NCBI GenBank assembly: GCA_947443815.1
Contig: CANEXR010000001.1
Span: 1-42,522, forward strand
Length of the DNA: 42,522 nucleotides
DNA from: Flavobacteriaceae bacterium
Lineage (GTDB): Bacteria > Bacteroidota > Bacteroidia > Flavobacteriales > Flavobacteriaceae
Direction of reading: 5' to 3'
Made by a program: the position numbers and the translations under genes
Notes under the pieces: model-generated
Databases searched by the model: none
Seen by the model: the letters and a program-made list of their open reading frames with translations, nothing else
Told to the model about the DNA's origin: nothing
Shown here: in pieces, positions 18,362 to 27,452 of the stretch
Numbering within the stretch: the stretch's first letter is position 1
Layout: each line of letters begins with the position of its first letter

Positions 18362-20008
18362 CTACTTATCCACAATAATTTTGAATACTTTAGTATCTAT
18401 TCCGGAAAAAATTCTAACAAAATAAACCCCTTGAGCCAACCCAGTTGTTGGAATTATTATTTGCTTAGAATTAGTGGTTTTTTTATTTATAATTTGACCC
18501 AAAGAATTAATTAATTCGACCCCTAAATTGGTTGCATTGAAATCTGAAATGCTAACATATATTTCCGATTTTGTAGGATTTGGATAAACTACAATATCTT
18601 TTATAAATGAATTATCATGTACTGACAATGTTAAACTGCAGGAATTTGAAATAACATTTGAATTTTCAATACTATTCCCTGTAATAAAACTGTGGTTCAT
18701 AAAACCAATATAATTATGAGGATAAAAACTAGCTCTAAACACTATATTTTGTGTTGGTGTAATGCCTTGATTGATTATGCCATTAGTATTAACTGGATTG
18801 ATGTATTTCCACAGTGTTGTCCCCAAGGGATTAATTTCAAAAAAGGTACCAGTAGGCCCACTACACAATAAAACATTTCCATTGAATAATTGTTGTGCAC
18901 TTGAAATATTTTGTGCATACCAATTTTGACTATTATTTTCATTATATATCCAAGAAGGTGAAGCGGGTAGGTAAGGTAGTGTAGCTGTATATTCAAATCC
19001 ATTAACAGGGGGATTTATAATTTCAACAGTTGAGTAATTCCCTCCAGTTCTTCCGTTTCCGTTATTAAAAATCATAATTTGATTCTCATAAGGATATCCA
19101 CTTGGTATCCAATAGGCATTGTGTTGTCCAAATAATTTTTGATCGGTAGTTACACCATGGTCATAACTTTGGGGATTTCCCCAACGGTATATAATACCAC
19201 CTCCTTTTTTTGAATTACCACCTGTATTTGTGGCAGCTTGTTCAGTAGTAGTGCTATGATCAATTATCCAAATCTCATCAGAATTATGAGAACTCAACAA
19301 AATCTGGTCTAAATTTGAATTATAATCAATGGCATTAATATGCTGCCAATCTTCTGTATTAGCAGTAGCTGCATAATTTAAATCTACTAATTCTGGATTT
19401 GAACTAATAACTCCAAAATTAGATTTAGTACTATCAAAATCTTGTATTAAATGATCCCATAAATGCCATTCCCAAACAATATTACCACCATTTGAACCGA
19501 CTGGTTGAATTTCAATAATTTTTTCGCTCCACACACTTGATGAAATTAAATTTGGGTTTCGACCTTGTGCAATAGCTTCGGCAGTTGTTTTCTTTTCCCA
19601 AACTATAGCAAGAATGTTACCATTAGGAAGAGATTTAATATCATGATGTTGACAGTTTGTAGCATCAGAAATGATATAACTCCAGGTCACATTACCATTC
19701 CAATCCATCTTTTCGATTATTCCGCCTTTACCACCAGTATTAAAAACAGTATTGTTTGCATTACCAGTTCTTAACAAAGTACCATCTTCTAATAGATACA
19801 CGGATTGACCGGGTTTATAACTACTTGTCCATGTTTGTACTTGTTTGCCACACTTATCGATTAAGTAGGTAGTGTAACTATTTATAGGTGCAAATAATAC
19901 ATATCCATCATCTAGAGTTCCATCATCATGCTGGATAAGACCTACAGTTTGAGAAAAATTCAATGTAGATAAAAAAGAAAATAATACTATGAATATTTGT
20001 TTTTTCAT
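18362..20008 (-). CDS. Aryl-sulfate sulfotransferase (ASST)-like beta-propeller with T9SS type A sorting domain
   Basis: Signal peptide from ATG 20008; QHHD, WQHINAID and GQHNA motifs; C-terminal VYPNP...INSLGQ...GLAQGVYFVRI...KIIV. Confidence 0.85.
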   Translation of the reverse strand: MKKQIFIVLFSFLSTLNFSQTVGLIQHDDGTLDDGYVLFAPINSYTTYLIDKCGKQVQTWTSSYKPGQSVYLLEDGTLLRTGNANNTVFNTGGKGGIIEKMDWNGNVTWSYIISDATNCQHHDIKSLPNGNILAIVWEKKTTAEAIAQGRNPNLISSSVWSEKIIEIQPVGSNGGNIVWEWHLWDHLIQDFDSTKSNFGVISSNPELVDLNYAATANTEDWQHINAIDYNSNLDQILLSSHNSDEIWIIDHSTTTEQAATNTGGNSKKGGGIIYRWGNPQSYDHGVTTDQKLFGQHNAYWIPSGYPYENQIMIFNNGNGRTGGNYSTVEIINPPVNGFEYTATLPYLPASPSWIYNENNSQNWYAQNISSAQQLFNGNVLLCSGPTGTFFEINPLGTTLWKYINPVNTNGIINQGITPTQNIVFRASFYPHNYIGFMNHSFITGNSIENSNVISNSCSLTLSVHDNSFIKDIVVYPNPTKSEIYVSISDFNATNLGVELINSLGQIINKKTTNSKQIIIPTTGLAQGVYFVRIFSGIDTKVFKIIVDK

Positions 20009-20049
20009 TTTATAATAATTGAAATATAGAACCATTAAAATAGTTGTTT

Positions 20050-20688
20050 TTATTCTTTTTTAAGAACATCAACGTCTTTGATAAGTTGTTGAATTTCTAA
20101 TTGTAAAGTTGCATTATAAATTCCTCTAATTTTCTTGTTTTTATCAATCAAAAGAAGATGCTCTGTGTGCATAAATTCGGAAGTATCTTTTTCAAATCCT
20201 ATATTTTCCTCCGCAAAATAACTTTGTCTTGCTAATTTATAAATAGCTTCTTTTTTTCCTGTTAACAAATGCCAATTGGAAGCTGTAATTTTATTTTTTA
20301 TGGCAAAATTATTTAGAACGGAAACACTATCCTGCCATGGCATTACGGTATAGGAGAGCAATACAATGTCTTTTTCGGATTGGAATTTATCTTGAAAAGC
20401 CATTAGATTATTAGTCATCTTAGGACAAATAGAGCCACAACTAGTAAAAAAGAAATTAGCAATGTGAATCTTACCTTCAATGTCTTTTTGAGTAATGGTT
20501 TTATTGTGCTGATCGGTCATATTGAAATTAGCAATCACATGATTGATTTGTTTTTTTGCTTCTGCAGAAGTCAAAAAAAGAGCATCAAAATTAGCTGAAT
20601 TGTAATACGGTAAAGCATTTTTACTCTCTTTATTCTCACAACTTACAATAAAAAACAAACAACTAATGGCTAAGACTATCTTTAACAT
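20050..20688 (-). CDS. SCO1/SenC family copper-binding lipoprotein
   Basis: Lipobox IVSC; FFTSCGSICPKM (CxxxC), WHLLTG and the conserved His in FMHTE. Confidence 0.93.
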   Translation of the reverse strand: MLKIVLAISCLFFIVSCENKESKNALPYYNSANFDALFLTSAEAKKQINHVIANFNMTDQHNKTITQKDIEGKIHIANFFFTSCGSICPKMTNNLMAFQDKFQSEKDIVLLSYTVMPWQDSVSVLNNFAIKNKITASNWHLLTGKKEAIYKLARQSYFAEENIGFEKDTSEFMHTEHLLLIDKNKKIRGIYNATLQLEIQQLIKDVDVLKKE

Positions 20689-21250
20689 TTTTACAATTTT
20701 TTGTTCCTAATAAACCAAATCTTCTTCCTTTTATAATAATATAATTTGACCTAATAGAGCCGTTGTCATAAAATAGCTTTTGACTGCCTTCCTCTTGTCC
20801 GTTTTTGTAATGAAAAATTTTGACTAAAAGTCCGTTACGATTCCATTCTTTAAATACACCCGTATATTCATCATTAGAAACTTGATATTCGGTTTGTTTT
20901 ATTCCATTTTCCCACCAAGCATAATGTGTGCCTTCTTTTTTTCCATTGTGATAGAATCGTTTTTCTGCTAATTGTTTATTGGGATACCATGATTTATGTG
21001 TGCCTTCTTCGATTCCATTTAAGTAGGATTTTACAAAAGCAGTATCTTTTTGATTGTACATTTCATAAATATAACCATCCCATTTTTTTCCATTAAAAAA
21101 AACAACATCTTGAATTTTTTCAAGGCCAACTGTATTTATTTCAACATAATTAGCTGGAATTATTTTTGGACTAATGCTTTTGTTCTTTTTATTTTGATTG
21201 CAAGCAAAAAGAAGTAAAAGTAAAAAAAATAGGCTTTGAAAACATTTCAT
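20663..21250 (-). CDS. MORN-variant repeat lipoprotein (YwqK-like annotation class)
   Basis: Lipobox LFAC; repeats Y.NG..EG....WY.NG; C-terminal GLLGTKNC. Confidence 0.85.
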   Translation of the reverse strand: MKCFQSLFFLLLLLFACNQNKKNKSISPKIIPANYVEINTVGLEKIQDVVFFNGKKWDGYIYEMYNQKDTAFVKSYLNGIEEGTHKSWYPNKQLAEKRFYHNGKKEGTHYAWWENGIKQTEYQVSNDEYTGVFKEWNRNGLLVKIFHYKNGQEEGSQKLFYDNGSIRSNYIIIKGRRFGLLGTKNCKNVKDSLSH

Positions 21251-21253
21251 ATA

Positions 21254-22012
21254 TTATTGTGTAACAGTGCCTGGGGTTCCATAAAAACCACTACCATTGA
21301 TATAGGGATCGGTATTATTTATATGGTAATGGTATATACCGTTGGGATAATCTGCTGTTACTCCAATATGCCCATGATAGGCATCTAAAATAGCATTTGT
21401 AACTTCAATACCATTTTCTTCTGGACCATAAACGGGAAAACCGTCCAATAAAAATCCTAATAATGCTGATTTATTTTGTTTTACAGTAGTTAAATACAGT
21501 GGTTCTACATGGTAATGATAACTTCCAGTTGCTGTAGGATGTCCACGATACTGGTCAAAAGAGATTACTTCGGTTGTGAGCGGTGTATTTGGAGCAGCAT
21601 ATTGATTGTATAAAGGAACGCCGTTTATTGCGACTCCCATAGCACCAAGCGGAGTAGCAGCATGAGTTGAACTAACTTTTGGGTCCAAAGGAATTTTGAA
21701 TGTATAGGTTCTAGCTGTAATTGAATTTGGATTTTTTTTAAAGGTAAAACCTCCAAAAGTTGTTCCTGTAAAGTTTTCGTACAAAGCATTTCCTGTTGGG
21801 TAATAAACACTTTTGTGATCAGGCAGACCCGTTGTTTTGATGGTAATATATGTTCCATCACTAGTTATACTTGTAGCTCCGTATATTTTGTTATAAACTG
21901 AAGGAACGGTATTAGTTGGAGGAGTTACCGTATTTCCTGATGAATTATCAGTACTGCAGGAACATAAAACGAGTGAAAAAATGAATAAACTGAAGGATAA
22001 TCGCTGTTGCAT
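21254..22012 (-). CDS. YHYH domain lipoprotein
   Basis: Lipobox LCSC; GLPDH, GVAINGVP, GHP...GSYHYH, DGFPVYGP, HGH, GIYHYH. Confidence 0.92.
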   Translation of the reverse strand: MQQRLSFSLFIFSLVLCSCSTDNSSGNTVTPPTNTVPSVYNKIYGATSITSDGTYITIKTTGLPDHKSVYYPTGNALYENFTGTTFGGFTFKKNPNSITARTYTFKIPLDPKVSSTHAATPLGAMGVAINGVPLYNQYAAPNTPLTTEVISFDQYRGHPTATGSYHYHVEPLYLTTVKQNKSALLGFLLDGFPVYGPEENGIEVTNAILDAYHGHIGVTADYPNGIYHYHINNTDPYINGSGFYGTPGTVTQ

Positions 22013-22218
22013 ATATTCTATTTTTTGATAGATTAACGGGTATAATATTTGGTAAAATAAATTTGAAAATTTAATAGGTTAATATTGTTGTATTCTTTTT
22101 AAGGTGAACTGTGAATTTAAGTACTTTTTTTAATAAATATTGAAACCTTACTTTTAGATTAATTTTTTTATAAAAGGTTTAATTAAACAGGAATTTTTTT
22201 TCAAACCACAATTATTGT

Positions 22219-22226
22219 TATATTTG
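22219..22226 (+). promoter_or_regulatory. -7 promoter element TATATTTG for fabG
   Basis: Exact TAnnTTTG, about 120 nt upstream of the fabG ATG. Confidence 0.55.
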
Positions 22227-22238
22227 ACGGGTGTAAAA

Positions 22239-22320
22239 TAGCCCTGATAGTAGTGAAAATCCTTTTATGTTTTTTCTTTAAAAACATAAAAGATTGTAAC
22301 GAATAGCGGGAAATAGCTCC
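22239..22320 (+). repeat. Structured interspersed repeat / candidate ncRNA, copy B (Flavo-1-like, unverified)
   Basis: CCCTGATA-GTAGTGAA-AATC-cttttatgttttt[tcttt]aaaaacataaaag-ATT-GTAACGAA-TAGCGGG, with a 13-bp perfect apical stem; homologous to copy A. Confidence 0.7.
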
Positions 22321-22348
22321 AAATAAAAAATTAAATTAGTTTTAGAAT

Positions 22349-23095
22349 ATGAAATTACTAGAAGGAAAAGTGGCCATTATTACAGGCGCAAGTCGCGGAA
22401 TTGGAAGAGGAATAGCAGAAGTTTTTGCTCAACATGGTGCAAATATTGCTTTTACATATAGTTCCTCCGTTGAATCGGCCTTGGCATTAGAAAACGAACT
22501 TAATACCCTTGGAATAAAAGCAAAAGGTTATCAGTCTAACGCAGCTGATTTTAATGAAGCTCAGTCCTTTGTGGATGCGGTTTTAGCAGAATTTGGTACG
22601 GTAGATATTTTAATCAACAATGCAGGAATTACTAAAGATAATCTTTTGATGAGAATGTCCGAGGCTGATTTTGACCAAGTTATAGATGTAAATTTAAAAT
22701 CGGTTTTTAACATGACAAAAGCCATTCAAAAGACTTTTTTGAAGCAACGTTCGGGTTCAATTATTAATATGAGTTCAGTTGTAGGGGTGAAAGGGAATGC
22801 AGGTCAGACTAATTATGCGGCATCAAAAGCTGGGGTAATTGGGTTTTCTAAATCGGTTGCGTTGGAGTTAGGCTCACGTAATATTCGTTGTAATGTTATT
22901 GCTCCTGGATTTATTGAAACAGAAATGACGGCTAAATTGAATGAAGATGTTGTGAAAGGTTGGAGAGATGGAATTCCGTTGAAACGTGGCGGAACTACAG
23001 ATGATGTTGCGAATGCTTGCCTTTTCTTTGCCTCGGATATGAGCGCTTATGTAACTGGTCAGGTGATGAATGTTTGCGGAGGAATGCTAACTTAA
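22349..23095 (+). CDS. fabG: 3-oxoacyl-ACP reductase
   Basis: TGASRGIG, NNAGITKD, YAASK, APGFI. Confidence 0.96.
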   Translation: MKLLEGKVAIITGASRGIGRGIAEVFAQHGANIAFTYSSSVESALALENELNTLGIKAKGYQSNAADFNEAQSFVDAVLAEFGTVDILINNAGITKDNLLMRMSEADFDQVIDVNLKSVFNMTKAIQKTFLKQRSGSIINMSSVVGVKGNAGQTNYAASKAGVIGFSKSVALELGSRNIRCNVIAPGFIETEMTAKLNEDVVKGWRDGIPLKRGGTTDDVANACLFFASDMSAYVTGQVMNVCGGMLT

Positions 23096-23159
23096 TAGAA
23101 TGATTAAAATATTTTTGAACACTTTTTTTAGAATTGTTCAATCTTTCAATCAAATATAA

Positions 23160-25187
23160 ATGACTACAAATACCCTTCTATTACTTTTATTTTCTTTTTT
23201 AGTAGCAGGAGGATTGTCTTTTTTTCAATATTTATACAAAGTCAAAAACAAATCGAAACTTCATTTGTTTTTGGCTTTTTTGCGTTTTACTACCATTTTT
23301 GGAATTTTAGTATTACTTATAAATCCAATTATTAGCAGTCGTTCTCTTGAAATAATAAAACCCCCTTTGCCAATAGTTGTTGATAATTCTAGTTCTATTG
23401 TTGCTTTAAATGCAAATAAAATAGCTGTAGCTGTTTATAAAAAAATAATCTCAAATAAAGATTTGCAAGATAAATTTGATGTACAATCCTATCAATTTGA
23501 TACTGAATTTCGACAATCTGAACAATTTGACTTTAAAGGAAAACAAACTAATCTTGATGCTATTGCCAAAGATTTAAAAATAGTGTATCGGAATAGTAAC
23601 TTTCCAACGGTACTTATTACGGATGGAAATCAAACTTCTGGAAATGATTATGTCTACAGTTTTGATGTAGAAAATAAAGTATTTCCAATAATCTTAGGCG
23701 ATACCACTACCGTTTTTGACTTGAAAATTAATCAACTGAATGTCAATAAATACGCATTTTACAAAAATAAATTTCCTGTTGAAATCTTTGTTCAATATTC
23801 TGGAAACAAAAATACAAAGGCAAAGTTTAGTATTTTGCAAGGAAATTCGGTGCTATCAACACAGCAAATCACATTTTCATCTTCAAAAAAATCAGCGGTA
23901 ATTCAAATGTTATTGCCAGCTGAGAAGATAGGACTTCAAGTATTTAAGGCACAAATAACTTCAAATGAAAAAGAAAAAAACAGGTATAACAATACCAAGA
24001 ATTTTGCCGTTGATGTTATAGATCAAAAGACAAATATTGCCCTTATTTCTTCCATAAATCATCCTGATATTGGGGCTTTAAAACGAGCGATTGAAGCGAA
24101 TGCACAACGAAAAGTAACGGTGCTTAAACCTAATCAAATCAACGCTTTAGAAAACTATAATGTTCTTATTTTTTATCAGCCTGACAATAATTTTAAAACG
24201 GTATTCGAACGAGCCAAATCAGCAGCTATTAATACGTTTATTATTAGTGGCACAACTACTGATTTTTCTTTTTTGAACCAACAACAAAACAATCTAATCT
24301 TTAAAATGAGTGGTCAAAAAGAAGATTACACACCGGAATTCAATTCTGAATTTAATGTATTTGCGGCTGAAAATATTGGGTTTGAAAATTATCCGCCCTT
24401 GCAAAATAGTTTTGGTTCCGTAACTACAAATGGAAATGTTTCCGTTTTACTTTCGTCAAAAATCAGAAATATTCCTACTCAAATGCCCTTATTAGCTTTC
24501 ATAGAAAATAAAGGAAAACGATCCGCATTTCTTTTGGGTGAAAATATTTGGAAATGGCGTTTGCAAAATTATCTCAACCACCAATCCTTTGAAAAATTTG
24601 ATGGTTTTGCGGATAAAATCATCCAATTTTTAGCTTCAAATGCTACTAAAAAAGCATTGGTGGTTACCCATGATAATTTTTATAATTCTGGTGAAGCAAT
24701 AGTAATTACGGCACAATATTTCAATAAAAATTACGAGTTTGATGAAAAAGCACGTTTGACTATTGCAATTGTTAACAGCAAGACTAAACAAACCAAAAAT
24801 TACGATTTGCTAAAAGGGAATAATTCCTATAAGGTCAATTTAGATGGGCTTTCGGCGGGAAGTTATACTTTTTCAGTAAAAGAATTAAACTCAAAAACAA
24901 AATATTCTGGTTCGTTTGAAATTTTAGATTTTGATATTGAAAAACAATTTGTGAATCCAGACATAGAAAAATTGACACAGTTAGCATCAGCTACTAATGG
25001 AAAGGTTTATTATCCCAATCAAACCGATTTGCTAATTCAATCCCTTTTGAAAAATGAAGCATATAAGTCTGTACAGAAAAGTAGCGTTACCAAAACTCCG
25101 TTAATTGATTGGATAGGGTTGCTCATTTTGATTTCAGTAGCATTGACTACTGAATGGTTTGTTAGAAAATACAACGGTTTATTGTAA
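23160..25187 (+). CDS. Conserved membrane-anchored vWA-domain protein
   Basis: Two N-terminal TM helices, DNSSS MIDAS-like motif, LITDG, C-terminal TM ending EWFVRKYNGLL. Confidence 0.8.
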   Translation: MTTNTLLLLLFSFLVAGGLSFFQYLYKVKNKSKLHLFLAFLRFTTIFGILVLLINPIISSRSLEIIKPPLPIVVDNSSSIVALNANKIAVAVYKKIISNKDLQDKFDVQSYQFDTEFRQSEQFDFKGKQTNLDAIAKDLKIVYRNSNFPTVLITDGNQTSGNDYVYSFDVENKVFPIILGDTTTVFDLKINQLNVNKYAFYKNKFPVEIFVQYSGNKNTKAKFSILQGNSVLSTQQITFSSSKKSAVIQMLLPAEKIGLQVFKAQITSNEKEKNRYNNTKNFAVDVIDQKTNIALISSINHPDIGALKRAIEANAQRKVTVLKPNQINALENYNVLIFYQPDNNFKTVFERAKSAAINTFIISGTTTDFSFLNQQQNNLIFKMSGQKEDYTPEFNSEFNVFAAENIGFENYPPLQNSFGSVTTNGNVSVLLSSKIRNIPTQMPLLAFIENKGKRSAFLLGENIWKWRLQNYLNHQSFEKFDGFADKIIQFLASNATKKALVVTHDNFYNSGEAIVITAQYFNKNYEFDEKARLTIAIVNSKTKQTKNYDLLKGNNSYKVNLDGLSAGSYTFSVKELNSKTKYSGSFEILDFDIEKQFVNPDIEKLTQLASATNGKVYYPNQTDLLIQSLLKNEAYKSVQKSSVTKTPLIDWIGLLILISVALTTEWFVRKYNGLL

Positions 25188-25221
25188 ATTTAAATCTCAT
25201 TTTTTAAATAAAAATAGTACT

Positions 25222-26118
25222 ATGGATTTTCGATTAAAAGTATTTTATACTGTTGCCAATAGACTGAGTTTTACAAAAGCTGCTGCGGAGTTATTTATCA
25301 CACAGCCCGCTATTTCTAAGCACATTCAAGAACTTGAAGACTATTATAAAATTAAGTTATTTGAACGAAATGGTGCTAAAATTTCGCTGACAAAAGCTGG
25401 TGTTGTTTTATTAGAACATACCAAAAGCATTTTTGGGATTTATCGAGAAATTGATTTTGATATGAGTACATTAATCAATCAACAATCCGGAATACTGCGA
25501 TTGGGTGCTAGTACAACTATTTCACAATATATTATTCCTCCTATTTTAGCGCGTTTTCATCAAAAACTACAAGACATAAAAGTGTCTTTGCGCAACGGAA
25601 ACACGGAACAAATAGAAAATGCTTTAATCAATAAAGAAATTGAAATTGGAATCGTTGAAGGGCAAACTAAAAATACTACGATTAAATATACTGAATTTTT
25701 AAAAGATGAATTAGTATTGGTTTGTAACCGTACAAATCCATTATTTAGTAAAGAAAAAATCACATTGAAAGAACTTCAATCCCTATCACTTGTATTACGG
25801 GAACAAGGTTCTGGAACACTTGAAGTTATAGAATATGCTTTAAAACCATTGGGAATTAACCTTTCACAATTGAATATTGAAATGCAACTTGGAAGTACAG
25901 AAAGCATTAAATCGTATCTAATGAATTCTAATTGTGTTGCTTTTATTTCTATTCATGCTATAGAAAAAGAGCTAAAAAACAATGAATTAGTTATTATAGA
26001 TGTAGATAATTTGATCATTGAACGTTATTTTTATATCATTTCACTACATGGAAAAACGAATGCTTTATCAGAATTATTTATAAAAAATATAGTCAATCAT
26101 TATAACTTAAAATTATAA
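25222..26118 (+). CDS. LysR family regulator (YeiE/CysL-like)
   Basis: SFTKAAAELFITQPAISKHI HTH, LGASTTI, REQGSGT. Start moved to ATG 25222. Confidence 0.93.
   Translation: MDFRLKVFYTVANRLSFTKAAAELFITQPAISKHIQELEDYYKIKLFERNGAKISLTKAGVVLLEHTKSIFGIYREIDFDMSTLINQQSGILRLGASTTISQYIIPPILARFHQKLQDIKVSLRNGNTEQIENALINKEIEIGIVEGQTKNTTIKYTEFLKDELVLVCNRTNPLFSKEKITLKELQSLSLVLREQGSGTLEVIEYALKPLGINLSQLNIEMQLGSTESIKSYLMNSNCVAFISIHAIEKELKNNELVIIDVDNLIIERYFYIISLHGKTNALSELFIKNIVNHYNLKL
26100..26118. promoter_or_regulatory. Candidate LysR binding site TTATAA-N7-TTATAA
   Basis: Palindrome containing ATAA-N7-TTAT (T-N11-A); upstream of TTG (26136-26138) and GACCTTTG (26160-26167). Confidence 0.6.
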
Positions 26119-26194
26119 CGGATTATATTTTGCAATTGGCACATCCCGAATAATCTATAGACCTTTGTACAGTAATTAATTCAATTATTTTGCA

Positions 26195-27172
26195 ATGGAA
26201 ACAAATTCAAAAATACTTCAAAAAAACCTACTTTATTTATTTGAAATAAACAAAAGCAAGCAGCAAATCTTTTTTATAGCGCTGTTGTTATTTTGCATGA
26301 CTTCTTTTGTTACGCCTCCAATAGCTTTATTGTTAGGATTAGTTATTGCCAATCTTTTTGGGCATCCTTTTATACATTTAAATCACAAAGCCACAAATGT
26401 TTTATTACAAGTTTCAGTAGTTGGATTAGGATTTGGAATGAATGTTCAAAATGCCATAACTGCTGGAAAGTCTGGATTTTTTTTAACCATCACCTCAATT
26501 ATAAGCACATTAATTTTAGGTTTTTTTATAGGGAAATGGTTTAAAATCGAAAAGAAAACATCCCATTTAATTTCTTGTGGAACGGCAATTTGTGGCGGCA
26601 GTGCTATTGCTGCAATTGCTCCTGTAATCAAGTCAGATGAAAAACAAACTTCAGTAGCATTAGGAGTGATTTTTATATTAAATTCGGTAGCACTTTTTTT
26701 GTTTCCAATTATGGGACACCAATTTCATTTAACGCAAAATGAGTTTGGATTATGGTGCGCAATTGCTATTCATGATACTAGTTCCGTAGTTGGGGCAGCA
26801 AGTAAATATGGACCTGAAGCACTACATATAGCCACTACAGTAAAACTTGCTAGAGCATTATGGATACTTCCAGTAGCTTTAGGAACGGCAATTATTTTCA
26901 AAAATAAATCAGGAAAAATTAAAATACCTTATTTTATCTTATTTTTTATTTTGGCCATTATTCTCCATACTTATGTGCCACAAATTACGTTTTTAGCACC
27001 CTATATAGTTAGTTTTTCTGAAATTGGATTAACGCTTACGCTGTTTCTAATAGGAGCAGGATTGAACATCGCAGTTTTGAAATCTGTTGGTTTAAGACCT
27101 CTATTTCAAGGGATTTTATTATGGCTTTGTATTGCTGGTATGAGTTTAATGGCAATTATGCATTTTGCATAA
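26195..27172 (+). CDS. YeiH/UPF0324 family putative sulfate/sulfite exporter
   Basis: GTAICGGSAIAA, AIHDTSSVVGA, TVKLARALW; about 10 TM helices. Confidence 0.92.
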   Translation: METNSKILQKNLLYLFEINKSKQQIFFIALLLFCMTSFVTPPIALLLGLVIANLFGHPFIHLNHKATNVLLQVSVVGLGFGMNVQNAITAGKSGFFLTITSIISTLILGFFIGKWFKIEKKTSHLISCGTAICGGSAIAAIAPVIKSDEKQTSVALGVIFILNSVALFLFPIMGHQFHLTQNEFGLWCAIAIHDTSSVVGAASKYGPEALHIATTVKLARALWILPVALGTAIIFKNKSGKIKIPYFILFFILAIILHTYVPQITFLAPYIVSFSEIGLTLTLFLIGAGLNIAVLKSVGLRPLFQGILLWLCIAGMSLMAIMHFA

Positions 27173-27452
27173 ATTATTATACGCCATGACTATCAAATAG
27201 AAAAAATGACGGTTGACCGCTAAAATTTTAAAATTTAGAAAGGCTTTGTATTCTTAAATTTGACTTAAGAAGTGATTGTATAAAACCCTATCTTTTCATA
27301 TTTATCTAAATTTGTATTTTTATAAGTATTTACTAGAAAATATATTAAACTGATTATAAAATGCAATTTTGGTTTGTTTACAGAAAAACAAGCTTTTTTT
27401 TCTAAATTAGGAAATAGTTTTAAGTTAAATTTGAATTTTTAATACGAAATAA

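Noticed and set aside
20663-21250. Toxin-antitoxin module
   Set aside because: Only MORN-like repeats in a lipoprotein; no toxin gene adjacent.
22013-22218. CTTAAG direct-repeat box upstream of the YHYH operon (co-regulation with metal efflux)
   Set aside because: Only TTAAG half-matches 18 bp apart; the 11-bp period is absent.
18362-27172. Single sulfur pathway linking the ASST-like gene with LysR/YeiH
   Set aside because: Separated by core fabG-vWA genes and on opposite strands; no shared regulatory motif seen.
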